DNA of 63,049 nt, filler included, from Chiloscyllium plagiosum (Eukaryota): the NCBI RefSeq assembly GCF_004010195.1. It is 4 parts of one record of this genome, joined end to end, with 100 filler letters (N's around TTAATTAATTAA, not from the genome) between each part and the next. Parts side by side here need not be neighbours in the genome. Positions count along the whole stretch, not along the records: positions 1 to 28,167 come from NC_057716.1; 3 more parts are not named here. One strand, written 5' to 3'. The notes under the pieces are model-generated. The model was not told the DNA's origin. It was given only the letters and a program-made list of their open reading frames with translations, and did no database searches. Made by a program: the position numbers and the translations under genes. Shown piece by piece: positions 1 through 12,199 of this stretch. The number at the start of each line of letters is the position of its first letter. Within the stretch, counting starts at the first letter, position 1.

Positions 1-300
1 TGCCAAATTAGTTTAAACCCCCCCGAAGAGTGCCAGCAAACCTACCTCCCAGGATATTGGTGCCCTCTGGTTCAGGTGCAACCCGTCCTGCTTGTACAGG
101 TCCCAACTTCCCCAGAATGCAGTCCAATTGTCCAAATACTGGAAGCCCTCCCTCCTTCACCATCCTTGCAGCCACGTGTTCAACTGCACTCTCTCCCTAT
201 TCCTTGCCTCACTGTCACGTGGCACCAGCAACAACCCAGAGACTCTGTCCGTCCTCGCTTTTAGCTTCCACCCTAACTCCCTGAGCTCCTGAATGACCTC
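1..300 (-). mobile_element. CR1-type LINE ORF1 fragment (SGNH esterase-like domain)
   Basis: Minus strand reads ...ARNRERVQLNTWLQGW*RREGFQYLDNWTAFWGSWDLYKQDGLHLN, the typical CR1 ORF1 esterase C-terminus (DGLHL motif); near-identical to 62520-62735 in the opposite orientation. Confidence 0.85.
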
Positions 301-779
301 CTCACGCCTCTTCCTACCTATGCCTCTTCCTACCTATGAAAACCTGTTGGGCCTTGCTGAGAGAAAGCCTCCTTCCAACTAATCAAAATTGACCCTTGGC
401 CGACTCCTGTTAAAATTCAGCCCTCTGGTCTCAAACATTGAAGAGATTGGAGAGAATTCTCCACACCTACTATAGCATCATGTTTTGCAGCTAACAAATC
501 ACAAATTTATTCCTCCAGCGTTGAGAGTCTGCGTATTGGAAAATAAGACTGCCCACTCACCCTTAAAAAAATTGCTGCTCCAGAGAAAAATCAATGTGTG
601 ACTGTTTCCTGCATAGTGCGAACTTCCAAACACCATGTGATGCCAATCACAGAAGTCAAAATCCTGCAGGAATGGTCTATCTCTTATGTCTTCAAAACTT
701 GCATTATTGAGTATTTCTTCATTGCAACAGCTACCTTACCAGGTTATATAAAATACTGAAGTTTACCATGAAACTCTTT

Positions 780-798
780 TTACCACTAGGTGGCATCA
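780..798 (+). promoter_or_regulatory. CTCF-like binding motif
   Basis: TTACCACTAGGTGGCATCA matches the CTCF core CCAC(C/T)AG(G/A)(G/T)GGC in non-repetitive-looking DNA; motif match only. Confidence 0.4.
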
Positions 799-1432
799 TA
801 TCTCCCCTGATGTGTTTCCTAGCGGCAGATGAGGAGGAAATCATTGAGAGAATAAGTTCTTGGCACTGGAGAAGTCAGTTTCTGTACGCAAAATGCAAAG
901 AGATCACAACAGGCTGTGGTGTTACAGAAATTGGGAACTTGCTGCCCCTGTATAGGAAACTTCATTGAATAACAAGGCAAAAAGGTGGAATCTAGAACTT
1001 TGTCAAGTCAAAAAGCTGCTATGAAAAATGCAAATCGCCCACTTCCTTGAATAAGACAGGAAAATTGATTTTTCTTTCAACAGTCGCAATGTGAAGGATG
1101 TACATCAACAGTTCTGCATAAAATTGTCCACTTAATATGAAGCTGGTTGAGTTGTGTTCATATTGTGACATGACTAACAACCATAAAAGCAAATCCCCTT
1201 GACACTACATTTTTCCTTGTGTAGGGGATAGTATATAAAATGCTCATGAGCTCATGGAGTATGGGGTGATTTGCCAGAGATCATTGATCCTGCACATGCC
1301 ACACATCACCTGGTTTGTTCAAGGTTCCTGTCAGTTGTAAGCTTCAGCAACAAGTAACTGTCCCAGTAGCAAATCCAGTGACAATACGTCCACCATATCG
1401 AAAACAAGAATTCAGCAATGCAACTTTTTCAA

Positions 1433-1990
1433 ATTTCATCTATGGGACGGGGCATTTTTGGCTCGGCCAGCATTTATTGCCCATCCCCAATTGCCCAGAG
1501 GGCAGTTAAGAGTCCAGAGTTACATGTAAGCTAGCCCAGGTGAGGATCGTAACTTTCTTCCTGAAAGTACAGGAGTAAATTAGGTGGGTTCTTTTCTCAA
1601 AAAATCAGCAAGAGTTTCATAATGAGATTTTTAAATTGAATTCAAATTCTCCCATTTACTATGGTGGGATTTAAACTCAGGTTCCACAGAACATTGCAAG
1701 TCGTTCTGCTATAATGGATGTTTCATTAATGCAAATTCATTGTAATACGATTGACAAATTGGAGTCACTGTTTATGAAGCGCAGACCTTTACAGCGTAAC
1801 TTGGATTATAACATGACTCCAAACCCGTTAGTTTCAATGGTGCTGCTATTACGTTATCTTCTTACATCATGGGTTTGCACGAGAACAGAACTACCGTGTT
1901 GTAGCAGAATAACTGTATCTGGGTTTCTGGATTAATAGTCCAATGCCAATTCTATGATTCTATGGATACACTAGATCATCAGCTCCTGTG
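1433..1990 (-). mobile_element. SacSINE1/DeuSINE-like SINE, interrupted by a MITE
   Basis: Shares ggccagcatttattgcccatcc...gggcagttaagagtc...ttgaattcaaattc...ggatttaaactcag with copies at 5975-6308, 24765-25650 and 47290-47535. Confidence 0.7.
1697..1917. mobile_element. Tc1/mariner (Tigger-like) MITE, about 220 bp
   Basis: Imperfect terminal inverted repeats agtcgttctgctataa / ttgtagcagaataactg followed by TA; splits the SINE. Confidence 0.6.
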
Positions 1991-2334
1991 ATTCATAATG
2001 TTAAATTAAGCAGTCTGTTCTGAAATTGTGCTTTGTAAAGCTTACAAAGTTTATGAACCGTAATAATTGTGAGGCAGGAAGAGGAGTTGTGGGTTGGCAA
2101 AAGGGATATTTAACACCTGGAAAATGTCTGACATGGTGAGGAGAGCATGGAGATAGCTGAAAAATTGGGAGGTAAGTCAAAAAGTGGACATAGGAGGTTG
2201 ACTGACAAATAAAAGTTTGCAGGGGATGTAGGCCAGTCAAGACGTTCAGATCTCAAGGTAGTTCAGAGGCTAACTTGGCAGCCTGCTTGGCAGTCAAGGC
2301 AGGGAAAGCACACCTTATTACTTATCTGTCTCTG

Positions 2335-3753
2335 AGTCTGTCCACGGTGGTCTAACATCACCCACACCTCCCAACTCATCGCCACCTCCACCATTTTTCT
2401 CTTAAAGGATCACATAAAATTAGAATTACTGGTTACACAATAAGCAGCTGAATGATTTTGTGGATCAGTGAAAACTTTGGAGGTTTGGTCAGTGGTCAGG
2501 GTTTAAGCTGCATAAATAGTAAACTATTAATTGGGGAGAGGTTAGAATGGCAAGCGGCACATATTCAAAAGTTGACATCATGAAACTGGAAAGCTCTCAT
2601 TTAATCATCACCAATTCCACAAGTGAATTTTTTGCAAAGTGCAATAATTTAAAGCAATATCTAAGTTACTCGTGAAAAGGGTCATAACCCAGTTTCGGCA
2701 AGAGTGGCTGCACTAATGATAATGTGGGGCACTGAGTGAGGTAGGGGAGAACAATTGTAAGCATTAACCATTCACGAGTTCCTTCCTGTATGGTTTGTTT
2801 CTGAATAAGCGCAGGCCAAAACAAAAATTAGTAGGGTAATGTAAGCGTCATATTAAAAACATTTTTACCCTGAACATGGCGCTAGCCCAAACATTGCTGC
2901 TGGAACAAATGTCTGATATTCTCATCCATGAAGATCATCCTTCAAATTCAGATACCAGAAGTTTTAGAACTCTGCCAATGCAAAATTTAAATATTACATA
3001 ATATTAGGTTCTTTCAGGATTTGTTTATGAAAAATTTGGTCAGATGAAATCTATACTGAACACTAACTGCAAATTACCAGCACGTACCCCGCCTACATTC
3101 TTCTGTCCATGTTTAAATATACTCCAGTTAGTGAGCTGGCATTAACAAATGATGTGAACAGACCTTCCCCTGTGAAAACACTCTGGCCTTTAAGAAAGGA
3201 GAGGAAGATATCAGACAACTGACAAGATGTGAAAATATTTTGATAGCTTCACTTTTCTCCAAGTACTAACTGACTATATATAGGATTCTGATTTCCCTTT
3301 GTATTTAACAACAATCAATCTATTCTGCAGCTTTAAACAAAATACTTTCTGTAGAACAAATGCATTGAAGTTTCTGAACATTTAAGTAACCAGAGCACAG
3401 GCAATGAGGATGCCAAAGTAATGTACTTTATCACGGGCTCAGCTGATAGATTTGTTCTCATTTACTGAATATAGTGGGCAAGGAATTGAGAGCACTGATG
3501 TCCTTTTTTGGGGATTCACTTCATAATCAGATTTTTAAATTGAATTCAAATTCTCCCAAATAACATGCAAACTTTTGGCCAAGCTGTACCTGATGCTGTT
3601 TTATTGAGGGATTTAATGAATGCTCATAGTGAATACTGGTTAGAGGCTTTGAAGTAAATTAGATCAAGGCATCAATCAGTTGGTCATCAGCCAATTTTGA
3701 ACCAATTGCTGCAGCAAATAACATGCATTCAGTAACTGGAAAGGGATCTTCAG
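2335..3753 (+). repeat. Local segmental duplication, copy 1 (about 1.4 kb)
   Basis: Colinear with 6705-8079 from tccacggtggtctaacatcac to aagggatcttcag, with scattered substitutions and small indels. Confidence 0.92.
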
Positions 3754-3869
3754 TACCTCCCACCCTGTGCTCTTTAAAAGAACAACTTTGATTCCCTTAG
3801 TGTTGCGGGCTCACAATAATTTTTAGGAGTTGTCGAAATCTTTGTTAAAATTAATTCCCCGAAGCCTTC

Positions 3870-5957
3870 AGAATTGAGATAATGAGAATGAAGAGAAAGT
3901 ACATTCCTGCTATGGTGAAAGGCAAGGCTGGTAGGTGTAGGGAATGCTGGATGGCTGAAGACAAAGAGGGTTTGGGTAAGAAAAAGAAGGAAACATATGT
4001 CAGGTATAGACAAGATAGATCAAATGAATCCTTAGATGAGTACAAAGGCAGTAGGAGTATACTTAAGAGAGAAATCAGGTGGGCAAAAAGAGGACATGAG
4101 ATAGCTTTGGCAAATAGAGTTAAAGAGAATCCAAAGGGTTTTTACAAATACATTAAGGACAAAAAGGTAACTAGAGAGAGAATAGAGCCCCTCAAAGATC
4201 AGCAAGGTGGCCTTTGTGTGGAGAGCCGCATGAAATGGGGCAGATATGAAACGAGTATTTTGCATCAGTGTTTACTGTGGGAAAGGACACAGAAGATATA
4301 GAATGTGGGGAAATAGATGGTGACATCTTGTAAAATGTCCATATTACAGAAGAGGAAGTGCTGCATGTTTTGAAACACATAAAAGTCGATAACTCCCCAG
4401 GACCTGATCAGGTGTACCCTAGAACTGTGTGGGAAGCTAGGGAAATGATTGCGGAGATATTTGTATCATCGATAGTCACAGGTAAGGTGCTGGAAGACTG
4501 GAGGTTGGTTAACGTGGTGCCACTGTTGAAGAAAGGTGGTAAGGACAAGCCAGGGAACTATAGACCGGTGAGCCTGATGTTGGGCGTGGGCATGTTGTGG
4601 AGAGAATCCTGAGGGACAGGATGTACATGGATTTGGAAAAGCAAGGACTGATTAGGGATAGTCAACATGGCTTTGTGTGCAGGAAATCATGTCTCACAAA
4701 CTTGATTGAGGTTTTTTGAAGATGTAATGAAGAGGATTGATGAGGGCAGAGTGGTGGACATGATCTGTATGGATTTCAGTAAGGCGTTCAACAAGATTTC
4801 CCGTGGGAAATTGGTTAGCAAGGTTGGATCTCAACGAGTCCAGGGAGAACTAGCCATTTGGATACAGAACTAGTTCAAAGGTAGAAGACAGAGGGTGGTG
4901 GTGGAGGGTTGCTTTTCAGACTGGAGGCCTGTGACCAGTGGAATGCCACAAGGATTGGTGCTGGATCCACTACTTTTCATCATTTATTTAAATGATTTGG
5001 ATGTGAGCATAAGAGGTATAATTAGTAAGTTTGCAGATAACACCTAAATTGGAGGTGTAGTGGACAGTGAAGAAGGTTATCTCAGATTACAACGGGATCT
5101 TGATCAGATGGACCAATGGGCTCTGAAGTAGCAAATTAAGTTTAATTTAGATAAATGTGAGGTGCTGCATTTTGGGAAAGCAAATCTTAGTAGGACTTAT
5201 ACAATTAATGGTAATGTCCAAGGGAATGTTGCTGAACAAAGAGACCTTGGAGTGCAGGTTTATAGCTCCTTGAAAGTAGAGTCGCAGGTAGACAGGATAG
5301 TGAAGAAGGCGTTTGGTATGCTTTCCTTTATTGGTCAGAGTATTGAGTACAGGAGTTGGGAGGTCATGTTGTGGCTGTACAGGACATTGGTTAGGCCATT
5401 GTTGGAATATTGCATGCAACTCTGATCTCCTCCCTATCAGAAGGATGTTGTGAAACCTGAAAGAGATCAGAAAAGATTTCCAAGGATGTTGCCAGGGTTG
5501 GAGGATTTGAGCTAAAAGAAGGGGTTGAATAGGCTGGGGCTGTTTTCCCTGGAGCATCAGAGGCAGAGGGGTGACCTTATAGAGGTTTATAAAATCATGA
5601 GGGGCATGGATAGGAGAAATAGATAAAGTCTCTTCGCTGGGGTCGGGGAGTCCAGAACTAGAGGGCATAAGTTTAGGTTGAGAGGAGAAAGATGTAAAAG
5701 AGACTTAAGGGGCAACCTTTTCATGTAGAGAATGGTACATGGATGGAAAGAGCTGCCACAGAAAGTGGTGGAGGCTAGTACAATTGCAACATTTAAGAGG
5801 CATCTTAAATGGGATGGGTATATGAATAGGAAGGGTTTGGAGGGATATGGGCCCGGGTGCTGGCAGGTGGGACTAGATTGGGTTGGGATATCTAGTCGGC
5901 GTGGACGGGTTGGACTGAAGGATCTGTTTCCATGCTGTACATCTCTATGACTCTCTG
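3870..5957 (+). mobile_element. 5'-truncated CR1/HER1 LINE (ORF2 reverse transcriptase and 3' UTR), frameshifted
   Basis: KENPKGFYKYIK, SPGPDQVYPR, PGNYRPVSL, DFSKAF, SKFADNT, LVRPLLEYC motifs; ends in ctctatgactct tail. Confidence 0.95.
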
Positions 5958-5974
5958 ACTTTATGACACAGAAT

Positions 5975-6308
5975 GAGATCATCGCTAGATAAGCCAGCAT
6001 TTTTTGACTGTTTCTAATAAACCAGAGAGCAGTTAAGAGTCAATTACATTGCTGTGCGTTTGGAGTCACATGTAGGCCAGACTAGGTAACAAGGACAGTT
6101 TCCACCTCTAAAGAACATTAGAACCAGATGGGGTTTACCTGATAATCAACAATGGATTCATGGTCATCATGAGACTTTTATTTCCTGATTTTCACTGAAT
6201 TCAAGTTCCACCATCTGCCATGGTGGATTTGAACCCAGGATCCCAGTATGTTTCCTGCGTTTCTGTATTAATTATCCCGTGATAATACCATTAGGCTGTC
6301 ACCGCCCT
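5975..6308 (-). mobile_element. SacSINE1/DeuSINE-like SINE
   Basis: cagttaagagtcaattacattgctgtg...gaattcaagttccaccatctgcc...tttgaacccagg (box B on minus)...ataccattaggc. Confidence 0.75.
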
Positions 6309-6704
6309 GAAGACTGTAGAATGTGATGTGATTGGTACTGTGGGATATTTTGCAAACAACAAGTTTCCTGCTCAAGTGGCTTTCTCCCTGATATGGGTGC
6401 ACTGAGTAGGAATTCCTTTTGGAATAAAGCATGATTCAGGTAGTATTAATTGTCAGTTGTTTGGATTTGAAATGCACTGCCTGGGAGAATGGTGGGGGAA
6501 CCGCATTCCATATATATATTTGAAAGTGATGAATTTAACAGGGTAATGGAAAAAGGGATTAGCTCTTTCAGAAGCCGGTACAGACATGATGGGTCAAATG
6601 GCCTCCTTCTGTACTGTAAATTATATGATTCTATGGTTTAGTTGACTCTGCCAATTTTTAATTCACCTCCTACTTCATCACCTCGCCACTTAAACTATCT
6701 CTAA

Positions 6705-8079
6705 ACCTGTCCACGGTGGTCTAACATCACCCACACCCCCCACCTCTTTGCCATCCCCACCAATTTTCTCTTAATGACCATGTGAAATTAGAATTAATGG
6801 TTACACAATAAGCAGCTGAGTGATTTTGTGGATCAGTGAAAAGCTTTGAAAGTTTGGTCAGCGGTCAACTATTAATAGGAGAGTGGTTCGAATGGCAAAT
6901 GGCATGTATTCATAAGCTGACATCATGAAACTGGAAAGCTCTCATTACCAATTCCACAACTGAAAATTTTGCAAAGTGTAATACTTTAAAAGAATATCTA
7001 AGTTAACCTTGGCAGCTATTTAGCTAGTAACCTAGTTTCAGCAAGAGTGGCTGCACTAATGATAATATGGAGCACTGTGCAAGGGAGAGGTGAACAGTTG
7101 TCAGCATTAACCACTCACGAGTTCCTTCCTGTATGGTTTGTTTCTGAATAAGCGCAGGCCAAAACAAAAATTAGCAGGGCAATGTAAATTTTGTATTAAA
7201 AACATTTTCACCCTGAACATGGCACTAGCCCAAACGTTGCTGCTGGAACAAATGTCTGTTATTCTCATCCATCAACATTATCCTTCAAATTCAGATACCA
7301 GAAGTTTTAGGACTCTGCCAATGCAAAATTTAAATATTACATAATATTAGGTTCTTTCAGGACTTGTTTATGAAAAACTTGGTCAGATGAAATCTGTACT
7401 AAACACTAACTGTAAATTCCAGCACGTACCCCGCCTACATTCCTCTGTCCATGTTTAAATATACTCTCGTTAGTGAGCTGGCTTTAACAAATTTCCGAAT
7501 GATGTGAACAGACCTTCCTCTTTGAAAACACTCTGGCCTTTAACAGAGGTTAGGAAGATATCAGACAACTGACAAGATTGATAGCTTCACTTTTGATAGC
7601 TTCACTTTTCTCCAAGTACTGACTGATGATATTTATGGTATTCTGCTTTCCCTTTGTACTTCATGTCAATCAACCTATTCTGCAGCTTTAAACAAAATAC
7701 TTTCAGTAAGAAAAATGCATTGAAGTTTCTGAACATTTAAGTAATCAGAGCACAGGCAATGAGGATGCTAAAGTAATGTACTTTATCGGGGGCTCAGCTG
7801 ATAGATTTGATCTCATTTACTGAATATTGTGGGCAAGGAATTGAGATCACTGATGTCCCTTTTTGTGGATTCTCTTCAAGCTCCCAAAGAACATGCAAAT
7901 GTTTGGCCAAACTGTGCCTGATGTAGTTTTATTGAGGGACTTAATGAATGCTCATAGTGAACGCTGGTTAGAGGCTTTGAAGGAAATTAGATCATGGCAT
8001 CAATCAGTCTGTCATCAGCCATTTTTGAACAATTGCTGCAGCAAATACATGTATCAGTAACTGGAAAGGGATCTTCAGC
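6705..8079 (+). repeat. Local segmental duplication, copy 2
   Basis: Colinear with 2335-3753. Confidence 0.92.
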
Positions 8080-8149
8080 TGGAACAAAACTAACTAAATT
8101 CCAGTTGACAGAGTACAGCAGTGCTTCACAGGAGGCTCCACCGAACTGA

Positions 8150-9330
8150 GGTTATCAGCTAAGAAGGGGACGAAATGTCTGCAAACCAAATTCACAGCTT
8201 GACAAACTTATCCACAACAGCTGCAACAACCAGCAGGGTAACACGGCTTTGGTAAGATCACTTCACTGAAATTTGTCTCTTATTGTGCCATAAATACACA
8301 CTCAGAATAGCACACAGTCAAGAGTGTCAAAAGAAAATGAAGGAGCCCATGGCAAACCTTCATATAACTGGCTTCTTCCAGACCCGAGCTGGATACATTT
8401 ACAACATCTCACAGATTGCCATATCCATGGTGGTTAAGGGATTTGCTGAGGGTAAAAATGAGAAAGTGAGATATGCAGATGCGGGAGATCAGAGTCGAGA
8501 GTGTGTTGCTGGAAAAGTACAGCAGGTCAGGCAGCATCCGAGGAGCTTCGAAATCGACGTTACGGGCCAGAGTCCTTCATCAGAGGGTGGAGCGGATAGA
8601 TGGGAAGGAAGATTAACAGGTGGGACAGGTCATGAGAACGGTGCTGAGCTGGAAGGTTGGAACTGGGGTAAGGTGGGGAAGGGAGGGGAAATGAGGAAAC
8701 TGGTGAAGTTCATATTGATGCCCGAGGTGGAAGATAAGGCATTCTTCTTCCAGGCGTTGGGTGGTGAGGGAGTGGCAATGGAGGGTGTTAACTCAAGAAC
8801 TAACTACATTGTGTTTACTCACACCAGCAAGGTGGATTGAACAAGGGAATCATTAGGACAGCAGACATTGCCTGAGTACAAAATACCTCTGACTGCACCC
8901 ATGTAACTTCATCAGCTCAGAAGTGCAATCCAGAACTTAAAAAATTAATTATTCAACTCCTGCAAGGTTCAGCTGGGATGTGCCTCTCTGCAGTGAATCA
9001 TGAAGTTCTTGCCGAGTCTCTGACAGCAATCATGATGATTCCTTCATTCAATGACAGCTGGTTTTCTGGCCCACAGGATATTATTGAACCAGTCCTGAGT
9101 CTGTCCTTATTTTGAAGATTTAATTAATTATAATGTGTACACGCAGACAATGAAAACCACACTGTCCTTGAAAAAGTGATAGTATAGATCTTTGCCATGG
9201 AATGCTTCCATTGCCTGGACTGTTCTTGAGGAGCCTTGCAGCTCACAGAAAACTGAGTCAAGAATCAGTGTAGCCTTTACACAATTTGCGGCATCTGATA
9301 CCACAAGAGATATAGTGAGGAGAAATATGA
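8150..9330 (+). pseudogene. Decayed PIF/Harbinger (HARBI1-like) DDE transposase, split by a PLE insertion
   Basis: Manual translation gives, in order: HFTEICLLL; TGFFQTRAGYIYNISQIAISMVVKGFAEG|VNSRTNYIVF; SDCTHV (8888-8905); FNSCKVQLGC; DSNHDDSFI; CFHCLDCS*GALQ (9203-9241); LHNL. This follows the HARBI1 motif order SGSFQTRMGDAIGISQ / DCIHV / FRCLDGSKGALQ / LHN. Confidence 0.85.
8451..8783 (-). mobile_element. Penelope-like element family A, 3' terminal fragment
   Basis: Matches termini at 44853 and 55255; flanked by gagggt duplication (8448-8453 / 8781-8786); hammerhead core mutated (GAAA to GUAA). Confidence 0.8.
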
Positions 9331-9611
9331 AGACGATCACACAGAAGAGAGAGGGAAGTCATAACCTAGAGAGGTCCATTATGCCCAAGTTGTCTCTCAT
9401 TCAAGTGTAACCATCAACCCAATTTCTAATTTATCAGCTGTCTTAAAATCTAGATTCATTCTTATATTGACCTTCAACGCATCCAAGGTCCGAACATAAA
9501 AAGAAAAATCATGACATGATGCATATTCCAAAAATGATTTATAGATGAAACTATGCAATCTTACGTGCCTAAGACAATAATTAACCTTGTGTACTCCCTC
9601 AGTTGCTGGAC

Positions 9612-12113
9612 TCCAATGCTGCGTTCCCACAATGACTGTCCTAATGTTCCAATGCTGTGCTCCCACAGTGACTGTCCTAATGTCCCAATGCTGTGCTTCC
9701 ACAGTGACTGTCCTAATGTCCCAATGCTGTGCTCCCACAGTGACTGATGCGAATGTCCCAATGCTGTGCTCCCNNNNNNNNNNNNNNNNNNNNNNNNNNN
9801 NNNNNNNNNNNNNNNNNNNNNNNNNNNNNNNNNNNNNNNNNNNNNNNNNNNNNNNNNNNNNNNNNNNNNNNNNNNNNNNNNNNNNNNNNNNNNNNNNNNN
9901 NNNNNNNNNNNNNNNNNNNNNNNNNNNNNNNNNNNNNNNNNNNNNNNNNNNNNNNNNNNNNNNNNNNNNNNNNNNNNNNNNNNNNNNNNNNNNNNNNNNN
10001 NNNNNNNNNNNNNNNNNNNNNNNNNNNNNNNNNNNNNNNNNNNNNNNNNNNNNNNNNNNNNNNNNNNNNNNNNNNNNNNNNNNNNNNNNNNNNNNNNNNN
10101 NNNNNNNNNNNNNNNNNNNNNNNNNNNNNNNNNNNNNNNNNNNNNNNNNNNNNNNNNNNNNNNNNNNNNNNNNNNNNNNNNNNNNNNNNNNNNNNNNNNN
10201 NNNNNNNNNNNNNNNNNNNNNNNNNNNNNNNNNNNNNNNNNNNNNNNNNNNNNNNNNNNNNNNNNNNNNNNNNTGCTGAGCTCCCACAGTGACTGATCCA
10301 AATGTTCCAATGCTGTGCTCCTGCAGTGACTGATCCTAATGTTCCAATGCTGTGCTCCCGCAGCGACTGTCCTGATGTCCCAATGCTGTGCTCCCACAGT
10401 GACTGTCCTAATGTTCCAATGCTGTGCTCCCGCAGTGACTGATCCTCATGTCACAATGCTGTCCTTCCAAAGTGACTGATCCTAATGTTCCAATGCTGTG
10501 CTCCCACAGTGACTGATCCTAATGTCCCAATGCTGTGATCCCAGTGACTGATCCTAATGTCCCAATGCTGTGCTCCCACAGTGACTGATCCTAATTTTCC
10601 AATGCTGTGCTCCCACAGTGACTGATCCTAATGTTCCAATGCTGTGCTCCCACAGTGACTGATCCTAATGTCCCAATGCTGTGATCCCAGTGACTGATCC
10701 TAATGTCCCAATGCTGTGCTCCCACAGTGACTGATCCTAATGTTTCAATGCTGTGCTGCCACGGTGACTGATCCTGATGTCCCAATGCTGTGCTCTCACA
10801 GTGACTGATCCTAATGTCCCAATGCTGTGCTCCCACAGTGACTGTTCTAATGTCCCAATGCTGTGCTCCCACAGTGACTGATTCTAATGTTTCAATGCTG
10901 TGCTCCCACAGTGACTGATCCTTCAGTCCCAATGCTGTGCTCCCACAGTGACTGATCCTAATGTCCCAATGCTGTGCTCCCACAGAGACTGTCCTAATGT
11001 CCCAAAGCTGAGCTCACACAGTGACTGTCCTAATGTCCCAATGCTGTGCTCCCACAGTAATTGATCCTACTGTCCCAATGCTGTGCTCCCACAGTGACTG
11101 ATCCTCGTGTCCCAATGCTTTGCTCCCACTGTGACTGTCCTAATGTCCCAATACTGAGCTCCCACAGTGACTGATCTTAATGTTCCAATGCTGTGCTCCC
11201 TCAGTGACTGTCCTAATGTCCCAATGCTGTGCTCTCACTGTGACTGATCGTAATGTTCCAATGCTGTGCTCCCTCAGTGACTGTCCTAATGTCCCAATGC
11301 TGTGCTCCCACAGTGACTGTCCTAATGTCCCAATGCTGCCCTCCCACAGTGACTGTCCTAATGTCCCAATGCTGTGCTCCCACAATGACTGACCCTAATG
11401 TTCAAAAGCTGTGCTCCCGCAGTGACTTTCCTAATGTCCCAATTCTGAGCTCCCACAGTGACTGATCCGAATGTTCCAATGCTGTGCTCCCACAGTGACT
11501 GTCCTAATTTCCCAATGCTGTGCTCCCACAGTGACTGTCCTATTGTCCCATTGCTGCTCTCCCACAGTGATTGATCCTCATGTTCCAATGATGTCCTCCC
11601 GCTTGACTGTCCTAATGTCCCATTGCTGTGCTCCCACAGTGACTGTCCTAATGTCCCAATGCTGTGCTCCCACAGTGACTGTCCTAATGTTCCAATGCTG
11701 CGCTCCCACAGTGACTGTCCTAATGTCCCAATTCTGTGCTCCCACAGTGACTGTCCTATTGTCCCAATGCTCCGCTCCCACAGTGACTGTCCTAATGTTC
11801 CAATGCTGCGCTCCCACAGTGACTGTCCTAATGTCCCAATGCTGTGCTCCCACAGTGACTGTCCTAATGTCCCAATGCTGTGCTCCCACAGTGACTGTCC
11901 TAATGTTCCAATGCTGTGCTCCCACAGTGACTGTCCTAATGTCCCAATGCTGTGCTCCCACAGTGACTGTCCCAATGTCCCACTGCTGTGCTCCTACAGT
12001 GACTGTCCTAATGTCCCAATGCTTTCCTACCACAATGACTGTCCTAATGTTTCAATGCTGTCTCCCCACAGTGACTTTCCCAATGTTCCAATGCTGTGCT
12101 CCCACAGTGGCTG
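9612..12113. repeat. Minisatellite with 36/37-bp unit ATGCTGTGCTCCCACAGTGACTG(A)TCCTAATGTCCCA; contains a 500-N gap (9774-10273)
   Basis: Roughly 55 visible head-to-tail units; the 12-aa periodic ORFs in all frames are by-products. Confidence 0.98.
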
Positions 12114-12199
12114 TATGGGTCACTATCAAGTGGGTTGATTTATGCTGAATGGTATTGAGCATCTTGAGAATCATAATGGAACATGAGACAGGAACCATT

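Noticed and set aside
8283..8840. 185-aa ORF as an intact gene
   Set aside because: Chimera of Harbinger fossil codons and an antisense PLE insert
9612..12113. CRISPR array (36-37 bp periodic repeats)
   Set aside because: Units are head-to-tail with no unique spacers, there are no cas genes, and the context is vertebrate
9397..12148. Long ORFs across the minisatellite and N gap
   Set aside because: Produced by N runs and a stop-free 36-bp unit; no splice or coding evidence
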